Shown here one piece after another: positions 34,890 to 46,731 of a stretch of DNA of 64,000 bases. The DNA is taken from positions 1,614,001 to 1,678,000 of the forward strand of contig MU053933.1 in assembly GCA_013239625.1 (NCBI GenBank). The letters are read 5' to 3'. Each line of letters opens with the position of its first letter. The stretch's first letter is position 1. The DNA is from Lama guanicoe. Lineage: Eukaryota. The notes beneath the pieces are model-generated. The model was not told the DNA's origin and searched no databases. It saw only the letters and a program-made list of their open reading frames with translations. A program made the position numbers and the translations under genes.

Positions 34890-35350
34890 CAGGTGTCTCC
34901 CCCAAATTCAACAGTGTCTTCCAGCAAGTCAGGGGCAGCAGAACCTCAGAAGATGACTTTGTTTGGAAACAAGAGTCTTTGAAGATGTCCTAGTGAAAAG
35001 GAGGTCACACGGCATGAGTGTGGCCCTAAATCCGATGGCTGGTGTCCTGGAAAGATGGAGAGGAACACAGACCCGTGACGACAGAGGCAGAGGTGGAGTG
35101 GTGCAGCCACAGGCCGAGGGACCTAGGGCCCGGAGGCCTGGCATGGGGTGTGGGGAAGTCAAGTCTGAGGTCCTCGAAGCCCTGACTCCCTTGATGCCCG
35201 AGGTGGCACCGCCCACCGCCCTCGCCTCTGCTGAAGGAGAGCAGCTCCCGCCCCGCGAGACCGAGCAGCAGCCAGACGCCTGAATCCGCTCCTCACAGGC
35301 TGACACTTGCTCCCTCCCGACGTGCCTCCGCCACCTCTGGTCACAGCCAG
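34890..35350 (+). mobile_element. MLT1 LTR, degraded
   Basis: gaacctcagaagatgactttgtttggaaac..gtcttt; ggccctaaatccgatggctggtgtcct. Confidence 0.55.
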
Positions 35351-35539
35351 GTCCCGGCCCAGCAAGGGGGGGAGACACAGGCCTGCGCTGGAAGGAACGT
35401 CCTGCACGCCCAGGACCAGCTCGTGTGTGCAGGTGGCCGTGGGGGGCGCCAGGTGGGCGGGGTCTCGGGGGTGGGGGTGGGGGGCACGGTGCATTAGCTG
35501 CAGTAGGAGGCTAATATGGATACAGACCACTCAGCGTGA

Positions 35540-35950
35540 CTTAGGTCGTTGTTGAATTGTGTCCCCCAAACACCTGTCTGTGTCCTGACCCCAGCACCTG
35601 TGGATGTGGCCTTATTTGGAAATAAGATCTTTGCAGAAGGGACCGGTTAGGGGAGGCCCTCCTGGGGCCGGGCAGGCCCTGAGTCAGACACGACTGGTGT
35701 CTTTGTAAGAGCAAGACTGGAGCCACCCAAACCCAGGAGGAGGGTCACGTGGAGATGGGGGCAGAGATTGGAGAGACGCGGGAGCCGGAAGAGGCAGGAA
35801 GGGGCCTCCCCGCTAGCCTGCGGAGGGAACGCGGCCTGCGACAGCTCTGTTTCCAGCTCCTGGCCTCCAGAACTGTGAGCAAAGCTGTCTCCCGCCACAA
35901 GCCCCCGGTCTGTGGTGGTCCGTGGTGGTTTGTTATGGCAGCCCCAGGGC
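35540..35950 (+). mobile_element. MLT1 solo LTR
   Basis: tgaattgtgtccccc...tggccttatttggaaataag...tggcctccagaactgtgag...tttgttatggcagccccagg. Confidence 0.75.
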
Positions 35951-37685
35951 TCACCGCGTGTAGAGCTGCTGCTCTGGCGGGACCCCGGAGCTGCCCCAGG
36001 TCAGCAGAGGGGCTCCCCGAAGCACGGACTTGCCGCTGGCCCAGAGCAGATGGGTGGGCCCGCAGCCCGGCTCCCCGCCGTCTGCAGGTGTGCGGCTACA
36101 ACCTGCCCGCGTCCTCGTCCTCCAGGGCTTACCCGCTGGTCTCAACCCTGCTGCCTTCAGGACCCCCAGGGAGCTTCACTGGGGGCAGTTGTGGGCTCAC
36201 TCAGACCAACAGAATCTACCGAGTTTCAAGGCTCCTGAGGCCTGTGACACAGCGGGGCCAGACCTGCAGAGCCCTGCTGAAGTGGCACCTCCGTCCCCGT
36301 CTCCCACACGCAGCCGCAGCCTCTCTACCCAGGGAGGTGGCCAGACCGCACGGCCCCCAAGCCCCGTTCCCCTTCAATCTCTGCTGCTACTGGTCCCCTC
36401 GGGGCTACACCGCCCAGGGCTGCACAGCTGGCCGCAGGCAAGGTCCCCGAGTGCCCTGGCCGAGCCCCTGGTCTGTCTCCCCTGGAAAAGCCCGTCCTGC
36501 CCGCGCCCCAGAAACCCTCTTGGCACACCTCCAGCCCCCAGAAGCCGCCACCTCCGCGGCCAGCTGGGCACTGGTCTGGGTAATTCCCTCTCCTTCTCAG
36601 AGAGCTCAGGGACACATGCAGACCCGGGGCCTGGGGGCCAGTGGGCAGGCAGCCCTTCAAATGTGTGATCCTTGGCCATTCAACCCTTAAAGGCCGCAAA
36701 GGTGAGCGCTGCTGCGGGTAAGAGCGCAGAGGAGGAAGAGCAGAGGGGCTGAGGCACCGCGCCGTCCTGCTGAGACGCGCTCCGCCGAGGCCAAGTGCAC
36801 ACAGCGGGCACGCCACCACTGCAAAGAGCACAGCCCCTGGCATTGAGGGCCTTCACGACGTTGTGCACCACCACCTGTGGTTTAAAAAATGCACCATCAC
36901 CTGAGGAAACACCTGCACCCACTGAGCGGTCACTGTCCCTGTTGGTGAGATCTGCCCTCCGTCCCCGCTGCCCGCCAGCGGCTGCACCCGAGTGGCACCT
37001 CCCCGCCACCCGGCACTGGGAGCTCCCGGAGGGAAGTCTATCGGGTCAGCCTCTCAGTGCGAAATCGCTCGCTTGCTCTTGTTTTCCAAGACCAAGAGCA
37101 CATTAAGGACGTTTTCTATTCTGTTTTTAAGGTTTTTATTTTTTGGAAGTTTTCTATTCTTACAGTTCATGGAAAGAGAACAGGACACACACTGCTCATG
37201 ACCCAGCGTCTTCTTACTCGCTTTCAAAGGTCTGTTTGCTGCCCGCACGACCTGGACGGCCCCGCCCGGCACAAAGTCCAGTGGCACAGCGGGACTCAGG
37301 AAGGCGAGAGGCTCTGGCCGAGCGCGGGGACGGACCTACCAGGACCCTGGACCACAGAGAGACCTCGCAGTCTTCACTCTTCCCACTAGGCGCACTCCTT
37401 CTTAACCCACCTCACAGACACACGGCAAAGCCACCACCGCGCTGACTCTGCGAATGGGCAGGGACGCGCCGAGGGCAGGGACGCGCCGAGGCCAGCGAGC
37501 ACGGGAACAGGCCTGCTTCGCCGACGCTCCGGCTTCTGAGCTCGGGCAGCCCGCACTGGTCAGCGCAGCGAGGACGCCTGTGTCACCTGCAGGCTTGCCT
37601 GTGCCTCTACTGGATGGAGAAATGTGTCAATGTGTCCGACTGCGACGAGAGCGAATGTTCGAGAATCAGATTTACTCAAAGCCTG

Positions 37686-37691
37686 TTTATT
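37686..37691 (-). terminator. Candidate CSTB polyadenylation signal AATAAA
   Basis: tttatt on the + strand, the first canonical hexamer I found, about 450 nt downstream of the CSTB stop. Confidence 0.55.
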
Positions 37692-38140
37692 TTATGGGGG
37701 GAAGCAGAGGCCTGGAGACAGGAGTCGCAGTGACAGCATGTGGAGCTGTGGTTAGAACTCCAGCTCCAGGGATCCTACCCGCTGTGACGTCGGGCAGCCC
37801 CCGGGGCGCAGCACCTCAGGCTGCACGGGGCCCAGCAGGGACTCCCCCAGGACAGCTCTCACCTCGGGACACTTCTATATGGTGATGATGGCTTTTGATG
37901 AATGAAAAAACTCAAACAGAGGACGCTCATAAAGACTGAAAATATATATATTTGAAGGTAACACAAGCTCTCCTTGAAAGCAATTTAGTTAAGATCATTG
38001 ACTGGCAGGAAAAAGCACACGATGGAGTTAGGAACAGAGGCCCAGGGGCAGCCCGCCCCCACCCCGAGGGGCAGCGGCCCAGGCACACGCCCGCCCGCAG
38101 AGGAGAGGGCCAGCAGGTGGCAGGCTGTCAGAATCCGGGA

Positions 38141-38269
38141 CTAGAAGTAGGCCAGCTCGTCGTGCCTGGCTTTGTTGGTCTGGTAGCTGGCCAAGGCTGG
38201 GGGCTTGTTTTCGTGTGGGAGGCTCTCAAATACTCGAAGGTGCACGAACTCCTCATCGTCAACCTGAAC
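38141..38269 (-). CDS. CSTB: CSTB exon 3
   Basis: cttcag| VQVDDEEF...HDELAYF TAG. Confidence 0.97.
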   Translation of the reverse strand, partial: VQVDDEEFVHLRVFESLPHENKPPALASYQTNKARHDELAYF

Positions 38270-41200
38270 CTGAAGGAGAGTCGAGGGAGGCGTTAGGCGC
38301 CGCCTCAGACCCCAAGTTCCCTGCTCCACTGGACTGGGCTCGGACAAAGACCCTGGACGCCTGGAAGCCGTGCCCCTTCAGGTCCCCGGGGACGGGGCAG
38401 ATGCCACCCCCACCTTCCTCCTTCCTCGCGGCCCCAGTCAGCACCCGACACCCCACAATCACCCCATCAGAACCCTGAGTCCCCCCAAAGCTCGGTCCTC
38501 TCCTTCAAGGAGGCCGGAGTGCACGCACACACTCATTAAAGGGCCATGACTCCCTGATGCTGGGGGCTGCCACAGGACCCCCCTTAGCACCCCTGCCCTG
38601 GCACCCACGAGCCCCCACCTCGGGCCAGACCCCCCTGTGAGGCTGACACCCACCTTGATGAAGAAATTCCTGCCGGCGACCACCTGGCTCTTGAACTCCA
38701 CAGCCTTAAACAGGGAGAACTTCTTATTCTCCTTCTCCTCCAGCTGTGCCTTCACCTGGGGGGGCGGGAGCACAGGGAGACGTGGCGGCCTCGCTCCTGC
38801 CCGAGGGACTCACACACGAGCCGATCTCTGCCACGCGCGATGGGCTGGGTTCTAACACGCACCGTGTACGGACTTTCTATGACACGAGTGTCACAACCGA
38901 GCAGAGACATGAGACTGCGCACTGATGACAAGGTACAGCAAACAGCGCCTCGATTCCACTGAGGTCTCAGCGGTGCTATTTCCCCACATCGCTGTCCTTC
39001 CTCTTCCCAGCACAGGAGGGTTTCACATTGTTGTCACGACACTATAGACAAGCTCATACCCTGCTTTCCTTCTTACTTAATGAGCAGCTCACTTGAAAGC
39101 TCCTATATAGTTTTTATGGGGGGAGGGGGAGGTAATTAAGTCTATTTATTTAATTTTTTTTTTAATGGAGGTACTGGGGATCGAACCCAGGACCTCCGGC
39201 AGGCTAAGCCTGTGCACCACTTGAGCTATACCCTTCCCTCCCCATATACAGGTTTTAAATTTCTCTTTTAAAATTAAAACGAGAACATTTAAAAATGTTA
39301 AACTAAATTCAATGTTAAATTTGATCTTCCATCTTCTAGGGGGCACCTTAATTCTCTTAAGCAGTCCCAGTTTCTTCTGTGACAGACAACGCAGCAGCTT
39401 TACTGATGCAGCAGGACGCATTTTTAGGTGATTTCTCTAGGACGCAGCGCCTTCAGCCACGGCTGATCCTGACCTTAAGTGTCAGACAGTGATCACACTT
39501 CTGGACCAGACCTGGTTTCCGGGGTCTTGGCCTCTCAGGAACTGAGCATCTTTCTGGAGGAAGGGGAGAGCAGGCTGGTTTTGTTTCCAGCTCAGAATCT
39601 CATCTGGTTGAAAGTGCGCTGGCTGCTGCCTGGGTTACTGCAGGCACCAGAGCTGACTGGGAGACGGGATCACAGTCACTCGCACAAGTCAGTCACTGTG
39701 GCAAAGGCTGCGTGGCCTTCCAGCGCCTCCAGGGAGGGGCGCTCCCTGGTGTCATGGTGGACAGACAGGGCAGGAGGGAGGGGCAGGCACAGGAAGGCAG
39801 GTCCCGCTGCACCTCTGCCGTCTCAGTGCGGCTGCCACAGGGATGTGTGCGTGTGCCCCCAGGCCAGGGCCCATCTGCGTCTGAATACCTCCCTGTAACG
39901 CCCTTCCTCCTGCAAGATGCCAGGCTTCCTCTGCAGGGAACTGACCCTGCAGACAGTCCACCAGACCAGGGGTGAGCGACTCCCACAAACCCGCCCGCAG
40001 TCTGGGAAGGAACTGCCTCTTTCTCTGCCCTTTTCAGGAGTGGAGGCAGGGGATCCCCTGATGTTTGCAAGGACTGGTGAGAAAACCCAAATGGAGGTGG
40101 TGGAACAGGCAACGTGGAGGCCTCGAATGTCTGGCCAGGCCGCTGCCTGCATGCAGCGCTGACACTGTCTCTGACCAGGAGAAAGATGGGCTGGGCCGCA
40201 GCCAAGGGAAGCACAGAAGGCCCAGGGTCGTTAGGAAACTGCCAGTTCCGAGCCCAGGTGGCACAGAGGGCCAGGGAAGGCACAGGACGACTCCAGGAGG
40301 TGGGGACGGAATGCACCACTTTGATGTCCTTCTGGCCAGTGGTCAGTCTCTGGCCTCTGTTCTCCTCTGCAGCCCAGGATGCTCCCGAAAGCAGTCAGTA
40401 CAGAGGGCCACAGACGGTGCCCCTGCCCCTCTAGGAGACCACCCAGCACACGGGCAGCCCCCTCATTCCTGCCTCAGAGTTCCTCCCAGTAGCAACGACT
40501 CTCAAGACTTTCAAGTAATCGACACCGAATCATTCAAGAGATCTTTGAGACAGCAACTCTTCTCTCCCGAGTGAGCTTACACGCCTTCCAAGCTCACGTG
40601 ACAAGCGGGGAGAACCAGGAAGCAGTGGGGAGGCTGGGCCCCGTGTGGCTGTGGGGAAGGGCCAGGAACCACCTCCTGGCCTGGCTCACACTGGAGTCCC
40701 TGCAAATTCCTCATTTTCCAAGGTCTCATGAGACTGACTCACCACCACTCCTTACTGCCTGCAAACGTCAAAACCACAGGAGAGAGGGCATGGGGCTTCT
40801 CACGCCCTCGGGTTTATGAAAGTTAAGTTTACGAAAATTAAAAGACAAGTTTGTCTTACTTTTCTTATCAGAGCCCAAGGCTGCTGGTGCGCTGACTTTG
40901 CTGACACACAAGGGCAGGCCCGACCCATCCCACCCACAGCAGGTCCTTGGGTGCCCATCCCACCCACGCCAGGTCCTTGGGTGCAGGTGGCTTCTTGGGA
41001 AAGCCATGCGGGGGCAGCTAGCTGCCCAGGGTCTGAAGCCGGCTCTGCCTCTGCAACCCGGCCTGGTTTCTGTTTCGATATATTTAATTTGGAGATCATT
41101 TCAAACTTACACAAAGTACTAGAATAACAGTATAAACCTGGGAAGCCTGGGTACCCTGTCCCCAGACTCACTCATGGTGACTTTTTACCCCACCCGCTGC

Positions 41201-41477
41201 ACCGTTTGCTGACTGCCTTCCCCAACCGTCACATCGCGTCCCCTCGCCTGTAGACACCCCCGAGCGCGCTTCCGCGGCGCAGAGGGGCATCGGTCCAGCG
41301 CCCCGTCCGGCCCTCGGCAGGATGCGCAGGGGCGCACCTCCTCCGTCCCAGCGGCGATGCCGGCGCACGACCCCGGCCCCCGGGACCCCATCTGCCCCCT
41401 GCAGCCCTGACCTGGTCGGCGACGGCCTGGATCTCGGCCGTGGCCGGCTGCGTGGCGGAGGGCGCACCGCACATCAT
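38141..41477 (-). CDS. CSTB: Cystatin B (stefin B), complement(join(38141..38269,38654..38755,41412..41477)), 98 aa
   Basis: 66+102+129=297 nt; [22 protein letters not shown] / [34 protein letters not shown] / [47 protein letters not shown] cystatin motif, conserved Gly4 and Cys3. Confidence 0.98.
38654..38755 (-). CDS. CSTB: CSTB exon 2
   Basis: ccccag| ...[12 protein letters not shown] |gtgggt. Confidence 0.97.
39111..39243 (-). mobile_element. tRNA-derived SINE (camelid Vic-1-like) in CSTB intron 1
   Basis: ttaatggaggtactggggatcgaacccaggacct...ttgagctatacccttccc. Confidence 0.85.
40924..40984. repeat. 30-bp tandem duplication, CSTB intron 1
   Basis: cccatcccacccac(ag/gc)caggtccttgggtg x2. 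Confidence 0.9.
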
Positions 41478-42000
41478 CTCGGCAGCGGTCACTGGGCGGC
41501 GGTCCCGAAGGAGCAGCGGGCACGCAGGAGCGGCGGACACTCGCGGGAGTGGCGGACGGACGCCGAGCACCTGGACTTGGCGCGGCGGTCACGTGACACG
41601 CGGGCGGAACCACGGCGAGCGGCGGTGGGGGGTTGATCCTGGGTCGGGACTGCGGCGCGGGGCGTCGGGGCGAGAATGCGGCGCGGGGCGTCCGGGTCGC
41701 GATGCGCTGGGCGTCAGGACCACGGCCGCAACCTGGGACCCCCGCGGGCACCCTCTCGGGACCAAGGGTCGTGGGCTGCAGGGCCATTCCCCCACCCGGG
41801 CTTTGGTATCATCCTCCCCTGACGTCTGAGTCAGAGGGCGGGGGTGGGGGCGGGGCTGCAGGAGGTGGGTGGAGGGGGCGCGGCCGTCAGGCTCCCTGGA
41901 GAGGGAGTGGTCCAGGCCCCGCGGGGGTGGGCACTGCTCTGCAGGGAGTATCGCAGGTGCCCGCCCGGTGCGGGGCAGGATGCGGGGTGGAGGTGGGCTA
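41230..42000. promoter_or_regulatory. CSTB CpG-island promoter (GTCACGTGAC at 41588-41597, AP-1 TGAGTCA at 41827-41833, GC boxes)
   Basis: Dense CpG around exon 1; motifs read directly from the sequence. Confidence 0.9.
41412..41477 (-). CDS. CSTB: CSTB coding exon 1
   Basis: [22 protein letters not shown] then donor CAG|GTCAGG on the minus strand. Confidence 0.97.
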
Positions 42001-42969
42001 GCCTGGCCCCCAGGGCCCTCTATCTCCAGGTCCCCACAGTTTGACCCAGTGCGTGCGATGGACAGTAGTAGGTCCTGAAATGACCGAGACGTCTGTGGTC
42101 CAGAGAGGAGCGGGGAGCTGGACCTGAGAGCTGCCGAGGGTGGAGGGGAGAGAAGCCCCCGCCCAGCCGGGGCCGGGAGGACCTGGAGGAGGAGGGCTGG
42201 GGCCCCCAGGGCCTCGCTTTTTGTGTGGGGTGTTGTGTGGGCTGCTGTGGACAGCAGGAGCATGTGACAGGGACACAGTGACGGGCAGACGTGGGTGGAC
42301 AGGGGTGGCACAAAGGAGTCCAGTGATGGGGAGGATGACTCACAGGCCCCAGGCTGGGGTGGGGGTTAGAGCAAGGGCATTAGTAAAGGGCTTTGTTCTG
42401 CTGGGATTTGGTTTAAGATTTAGATTACTTCCAACACCCCGGTAAGGGAAGGTCCCCTGCTTTATTTGGGGCAGGTCAGGGCCTGTGCTGGTAGCCGTCT
42501 GGACAGGCCTGGCCTTTCAGAAAGACCCACCTGCCTCTTCTCCCTGCAGGGCTGCACCTCAGTGGGTGCTGGGCCATCCCATCACTGGGGACTGACTCTG
42601 CAGGAACCGACCCAGCCCGGCCTCCTGGTGGGCCCAGCGCCTAGCCCCAGTGGGAGTGGCCTGGGAGCAGGTGTGTGGGGCGGGGAGCCTTTGTGGTAGC
42701 TGCCAGGGCAGAGCCTGGTCTGTAACTTCAGGGAAGCATGGGGGATCCTGTGTCACTGAGCTCTGGGGAGGAGGGAGGAGATACTGACACCCAGCTAAGG
42801 CCCAGGGCACAGAAAGCCAAACTGACAGAGGAGATTTGCAGCAGAGTGAGGGTTTACTGCAGGGGTCCAAGCAAGGGAGTTGGAGAGAAACCTCACGCCC
42901 ACTGCAGCTTGGTCTCTGAGTTAGTGGTTTTCAAAGGGGAAGAACAGAGGAGCTGGAGTTAATCATCTT

Positions 42970-43709
42970 TTTTTTTTCAATTGAAGTATAGTCAGTTTAC
43001 AGTGTGGTGTCAATTTCTGGCGTACAGCACGATGTTTCAGTCATATGTGAACATACATCTATTCATTTTCATATTCTTTTTCACTGTAAGCTACTACAAA
43101 ATATTGAATATAGTTCCCTGTGCTGTACAGTATGCCCTTGTTTATTTTATATATACCAGTCAATATCTACAAATCTCAAAATCCCAGTTTATCCTTTCTC
43201 ACCACCTTCCCCCTGGTAACCAAAAGTTTGTTTTCTGTGTCTGTGAGTCTGTTCTTGTTTTATATATAAGTTCACTTGTCTTCTTTTTTAAAGATTCCAC
43301 ATATAAGTGGTATCATATGGTATTTTTCTTTCTCTTCCTGGCTTACTTCACTTAGAATGACATTCTCCAGGGCCATCCATGTTGCTGCAAATGGCATTAT
43401 TTTAGTATTTTTATGGCTGAGTAGTAGTCCATTGTATAAATTTACCACATCTGCTGTATCCAGTCATCTCTCAATGAACACTGTGGTTGTTTCCATGTCT
43501 TGGCTACTGTAAATAGTGCTGCTATGAACATTGGGGTACAGGCGTCTTTTTGAATTAAGGTTCCCTCTGGATATATGCCTAGGAGGGGGATTGCCGGATC
43601 CTATGGTAAGTCTATTTTTAGTCTTCTGAGGAATCTCCATACTGTTTTCCACAATGGCTGCACCAAAGTACATTCCCACCAGCAGCATAGGAGGGCTCCC
43701 TTTTCTCCA
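42970..43709 (-). mobile_element. 5'-truncated LINE-1 with a 17-bp TSD, nested in a probable LTR (about 42720-43900)
   Basis: Poly(T), 3' UTR, ORF2 end CWWECTLVQPLWKTVWRFLRRLKIDLP; TSD ctgg(a/g)gttaatcatctt at 42953-42969 and 43710-43726. Confidence 0.92.
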
Positions 43710-45014
43710 CTGGGGTTAATCATCTTAATCGTCTGTGGTCTATGTGTTAAGGTCTGGAGGTTTGTGCCCCCGGGGGTCTGTGTCACCATAATCTGTAAAG
43801 GTCATCTCTCCCCTGGAAGACTCAGAAGAGCGATGGTACTTACTGCTTACTGGGATGCTGTGGCCCCAGGCCCCTGACTGTCACTGGTCCTTATTGATGA
43901 GGCAAAAATGTGGTCAAACAGGTACGGGCTAGGACAAAAGGGAACAGAAAGTAAGATAAGAAAGACAAGAATAGACCCCTGAGCATTAGTTTTCATTATA
44001 AACCAGTCATGGGACACGATTTCAAGACTCCCATTTCACAACTGAATGAAGGGGTCACAGATTTGACCCCATGAAAGTGGAAACCTCCGTGTCAAAAACA
44101 GCATCAGAGAATTATGACCAACCAGGGCAAGGGAAGTGGTCCTGTGGCTTTTCTCATCTGCAGTTCCGGGAGCTGGGCTATCCTGAGGCGCCTCCTCATG
44201 TCTGACCCTCTTTCCCTGCTGGACTTGGGTCTGCAGGTGCTCATTTTACAAACAGGAGGGTAACCCCTGTGGAAAGGCTGTTTCTTCAGCACTGGCTGTA
44301 GCAGGGCACCTGCCACCATCACTTGGGTTTGGCAGAGATGCCCAGGCAGGCAGTGGGGGGGCGGCTTATACCGGAAAAAAAGGAAGGCTCAGGTGTGCCC
44401 TGATGGTCTGTGGCCCGGGGAGGCTGTGGGCGGGCATCCTGTGTGACTGATTCCTGGCACACGTTTGGCCTTCTCTGGGAGTCCTGAGTTAGGAAGGGGA
44501 GGGGCAAACCTAGGGAAGCCGGCGGCCGTGGCTGACTTGTGACCGTCCTGGCCAGTGGCTGCAGAGGCTATAGTCTGGCTCCTGGCTGGCTCTCGCAGAG
44601 GCCGTGGGTCGGACTTCCCCTGTCCCGTGCGTGTGATCTGGCCACTGTCCGTCTGTGGCCTCAGTCTCTCGCGCTGCTTCGTGAAGTCAGCATTGCTTCA
44701 CTGCTGTGGGTCTGGGTCCAGACAGATGTTTTCACGCTGTCACGAAGGCTCTGAAGGCCAAGTGCTTTGTGCTGATCCAGCCCTTCCTTGCACCTGCTGT
44801 GTGGCATAGGACTAACTGCCGAACCTCTCTGTGCCTAAATTAAGCACTAAACGAGTATAAAATGTTTGGGACAGTGTCTGAGCCCCAGGGGGAGTTGACA
44901 GTGTTACTACTATGACTGTCTATAATTACTGTGCTAACATGAATCTAACCCATCATTAGTACTGCCTTATCTACCTAAAGGCCCTGGAAAATGCTAACGT
45001 TTATCTCTCATTCC

Positions 45015-45104
45015 TTTTTCTTTTCAAATGGAGGTACTGGGGATTGAACTCAGGACCTCGTGCATGCTGAGCACACGCCCTGCCCCTGAGCTGTCCCCTG
45101 CCCC
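45015..45104 (-). mobile_element. tRNA-derived SINE (camelid Vic-1-like)
   Basis: atggaggtactggggattgaactcaggacctcgtgcatgctgagc. Confidence 0.8.
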
Positions 45105-45379
45105 CATCTCTCCCACCTTGATGCTGCAGCTTTTCCTCTTACTAGAGCCGGAGGAGAGACCAAATATCCTGACTTCTCGTGGGAGCTGCGGGGGCCGTTC
45201 AGGGGTGTGGAACATCATTTCAATTTGAAATCTGTGTTCAGAAGGGTCAAATTTTTAAATTCACGCAGTTTTGGAGTTTCACTTGTGATCTCTGACTTCC
45301 CCAGAGTCAGCAGAAGCCAAGGTGTTTTTGTCTCAGTGTTTCATGGTCCTTTCTTCTGCAGCAAATCAGCTATAGAAGT

Positions 45380-45830
45380 GGCAATATGTTCCCTTCTTCC
45401 TTTCTAGATTCTTTGGCTGGACTGACAATTAAATTGATGTAAGACAGATTAACAGGAGAAAAACAAAGTTGATTTCTTACATCCAGGAGCCCCAGATACG
45501 AGACCAAGGAGGAACCTGACAGTTGAGGCTGACGCACCGTCCTGAGCTGAGGGACAGGATGGGGGCCTGGGGCTTGGAGGGGAGGAGGGCCATTGGCAGG
45601 GCAGTAACCAGGGCAGCTTGGCAATGAATCTTTTCCCTACTGTGCAGATGCATCTTTCCGATAAAAAGGTTACCTCTAGTAATAGCTGTTTTTTTTTCTG
45701 GCCCAGGCACCCTGTCTAAATTCTTTCGGGCAGTTAAGGAAGAGGTGATCATTTTCCTCAGCCTCCTGGGTCTTGATTGCCTTTAGCTCAAAATAGTCCT
45801 CATGCCAAAGCAGCACATTCTGCTCCCTCA
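45380..45830. mobile_element. ERV1-like LTR
   Basis: aattgatgtaagacagattaacaggagaaaaacaaag and cttgattgcctttagctcaaaatagtcctcatgccaaag resemble MER34/LTR-type consensus. Confidence 0.5.
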
Positions 45831-46549
45831 TGACCCAGCTTGTCCGCTCCCTGCTCGTGTGCTTAGGCGGGTGACTCGCACCCCTGTGCCCCGTGCTGTT
45901 CAGTTGCTTGTGTTTCATCATGCAGAAATTCTGTCGTTAGAATTTGTTGCTAATTAGACTGTAGCCTAAGAAACTCTTTGGTGCAGGATTGGGGTGGGGG
46001 AAAAATAAAAAGAAAGATGAAAATTTAAATGACTAAGCATTTGTTAAGTTTACCTATTCATCTTCAGTAGCAAGGGGAATAACGGTAGAGCTAGATCTGA
46101 AAATAGGCACCGTGCGTGGGCACAGTCTCAGGGCCCACCGCGGGCCTGGCTGCCTGGCCTTGCTGAAGGCAGGACGGGCAGCGCTCTCACCCTGAAGCGG
46201 CCAGCTCCAGCAGAGGCGGCCCGGAGCGCCCCAAAAGGCGGAGGGGAGTGCAGAAAGTGGGGTGCGTCAAAGGAGGAGACAGATGCACAATCTTGAAAGG
46301 CTGTTGCTATAAACTAACGTGGGCAAAGGGTTTTCTAAGCTTAGACACATCAGAAGACTCAGAAGGGAAAGCCAGGATCCACGTTGGGGCGGGTAACTCT
46401 GGGCACACCTGTTGACCTCTCCCACCTGTTCTCTCTGTGTCTCCTAATGACCCTTGTCCAAGTCCCCAGCAGACAGGCAGCACTGGGCTTGTTCCCCGCC
46501 TCTGTACCTGTCACATAGGAGGCACTAAACAAATATGTGACTCCTAACT

Positions 46550-46720
46550 ATGTTCAATAACTTATAATAACTTATGGTGAAAAAGAATATGAAGATGAAT
46601 CTATGTATGTTCATGTATGACTGAAGCGTTATACTGTATACCAGAAGTTGATACAACAATGTAAACTGGCTATACTTCAATAATTATATATACACGAAAA
46701 GATTCAAAAGGGAAAAAATA
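46550..46720 (+). mobile_element. LINE-1 3' end fragment
   Basis: taacttatggtgaaaaagaatatgaa...tgtaaactggctatacttcaa is the reverse complement counterpart of 42980-43100. Confidence 0.8.
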
Positions 46721-46731
46721 ATTGCTCCTTG

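Noticed and set aside
37456..37491. 17-bp tandem duplication gggcagggacgcgccga
   Set aside because: Real but an ordinary slippage product downstream of CSTB, with no sign of function.
28200..37600. Search for a second stefin paralog (stefin C-like) or a hidden gene between PDXK and CSTB
   Set aside because: I saw no second QVVAG-type exon or coherent exon chain. The interval is repeats plus GC-rich unique DNA.
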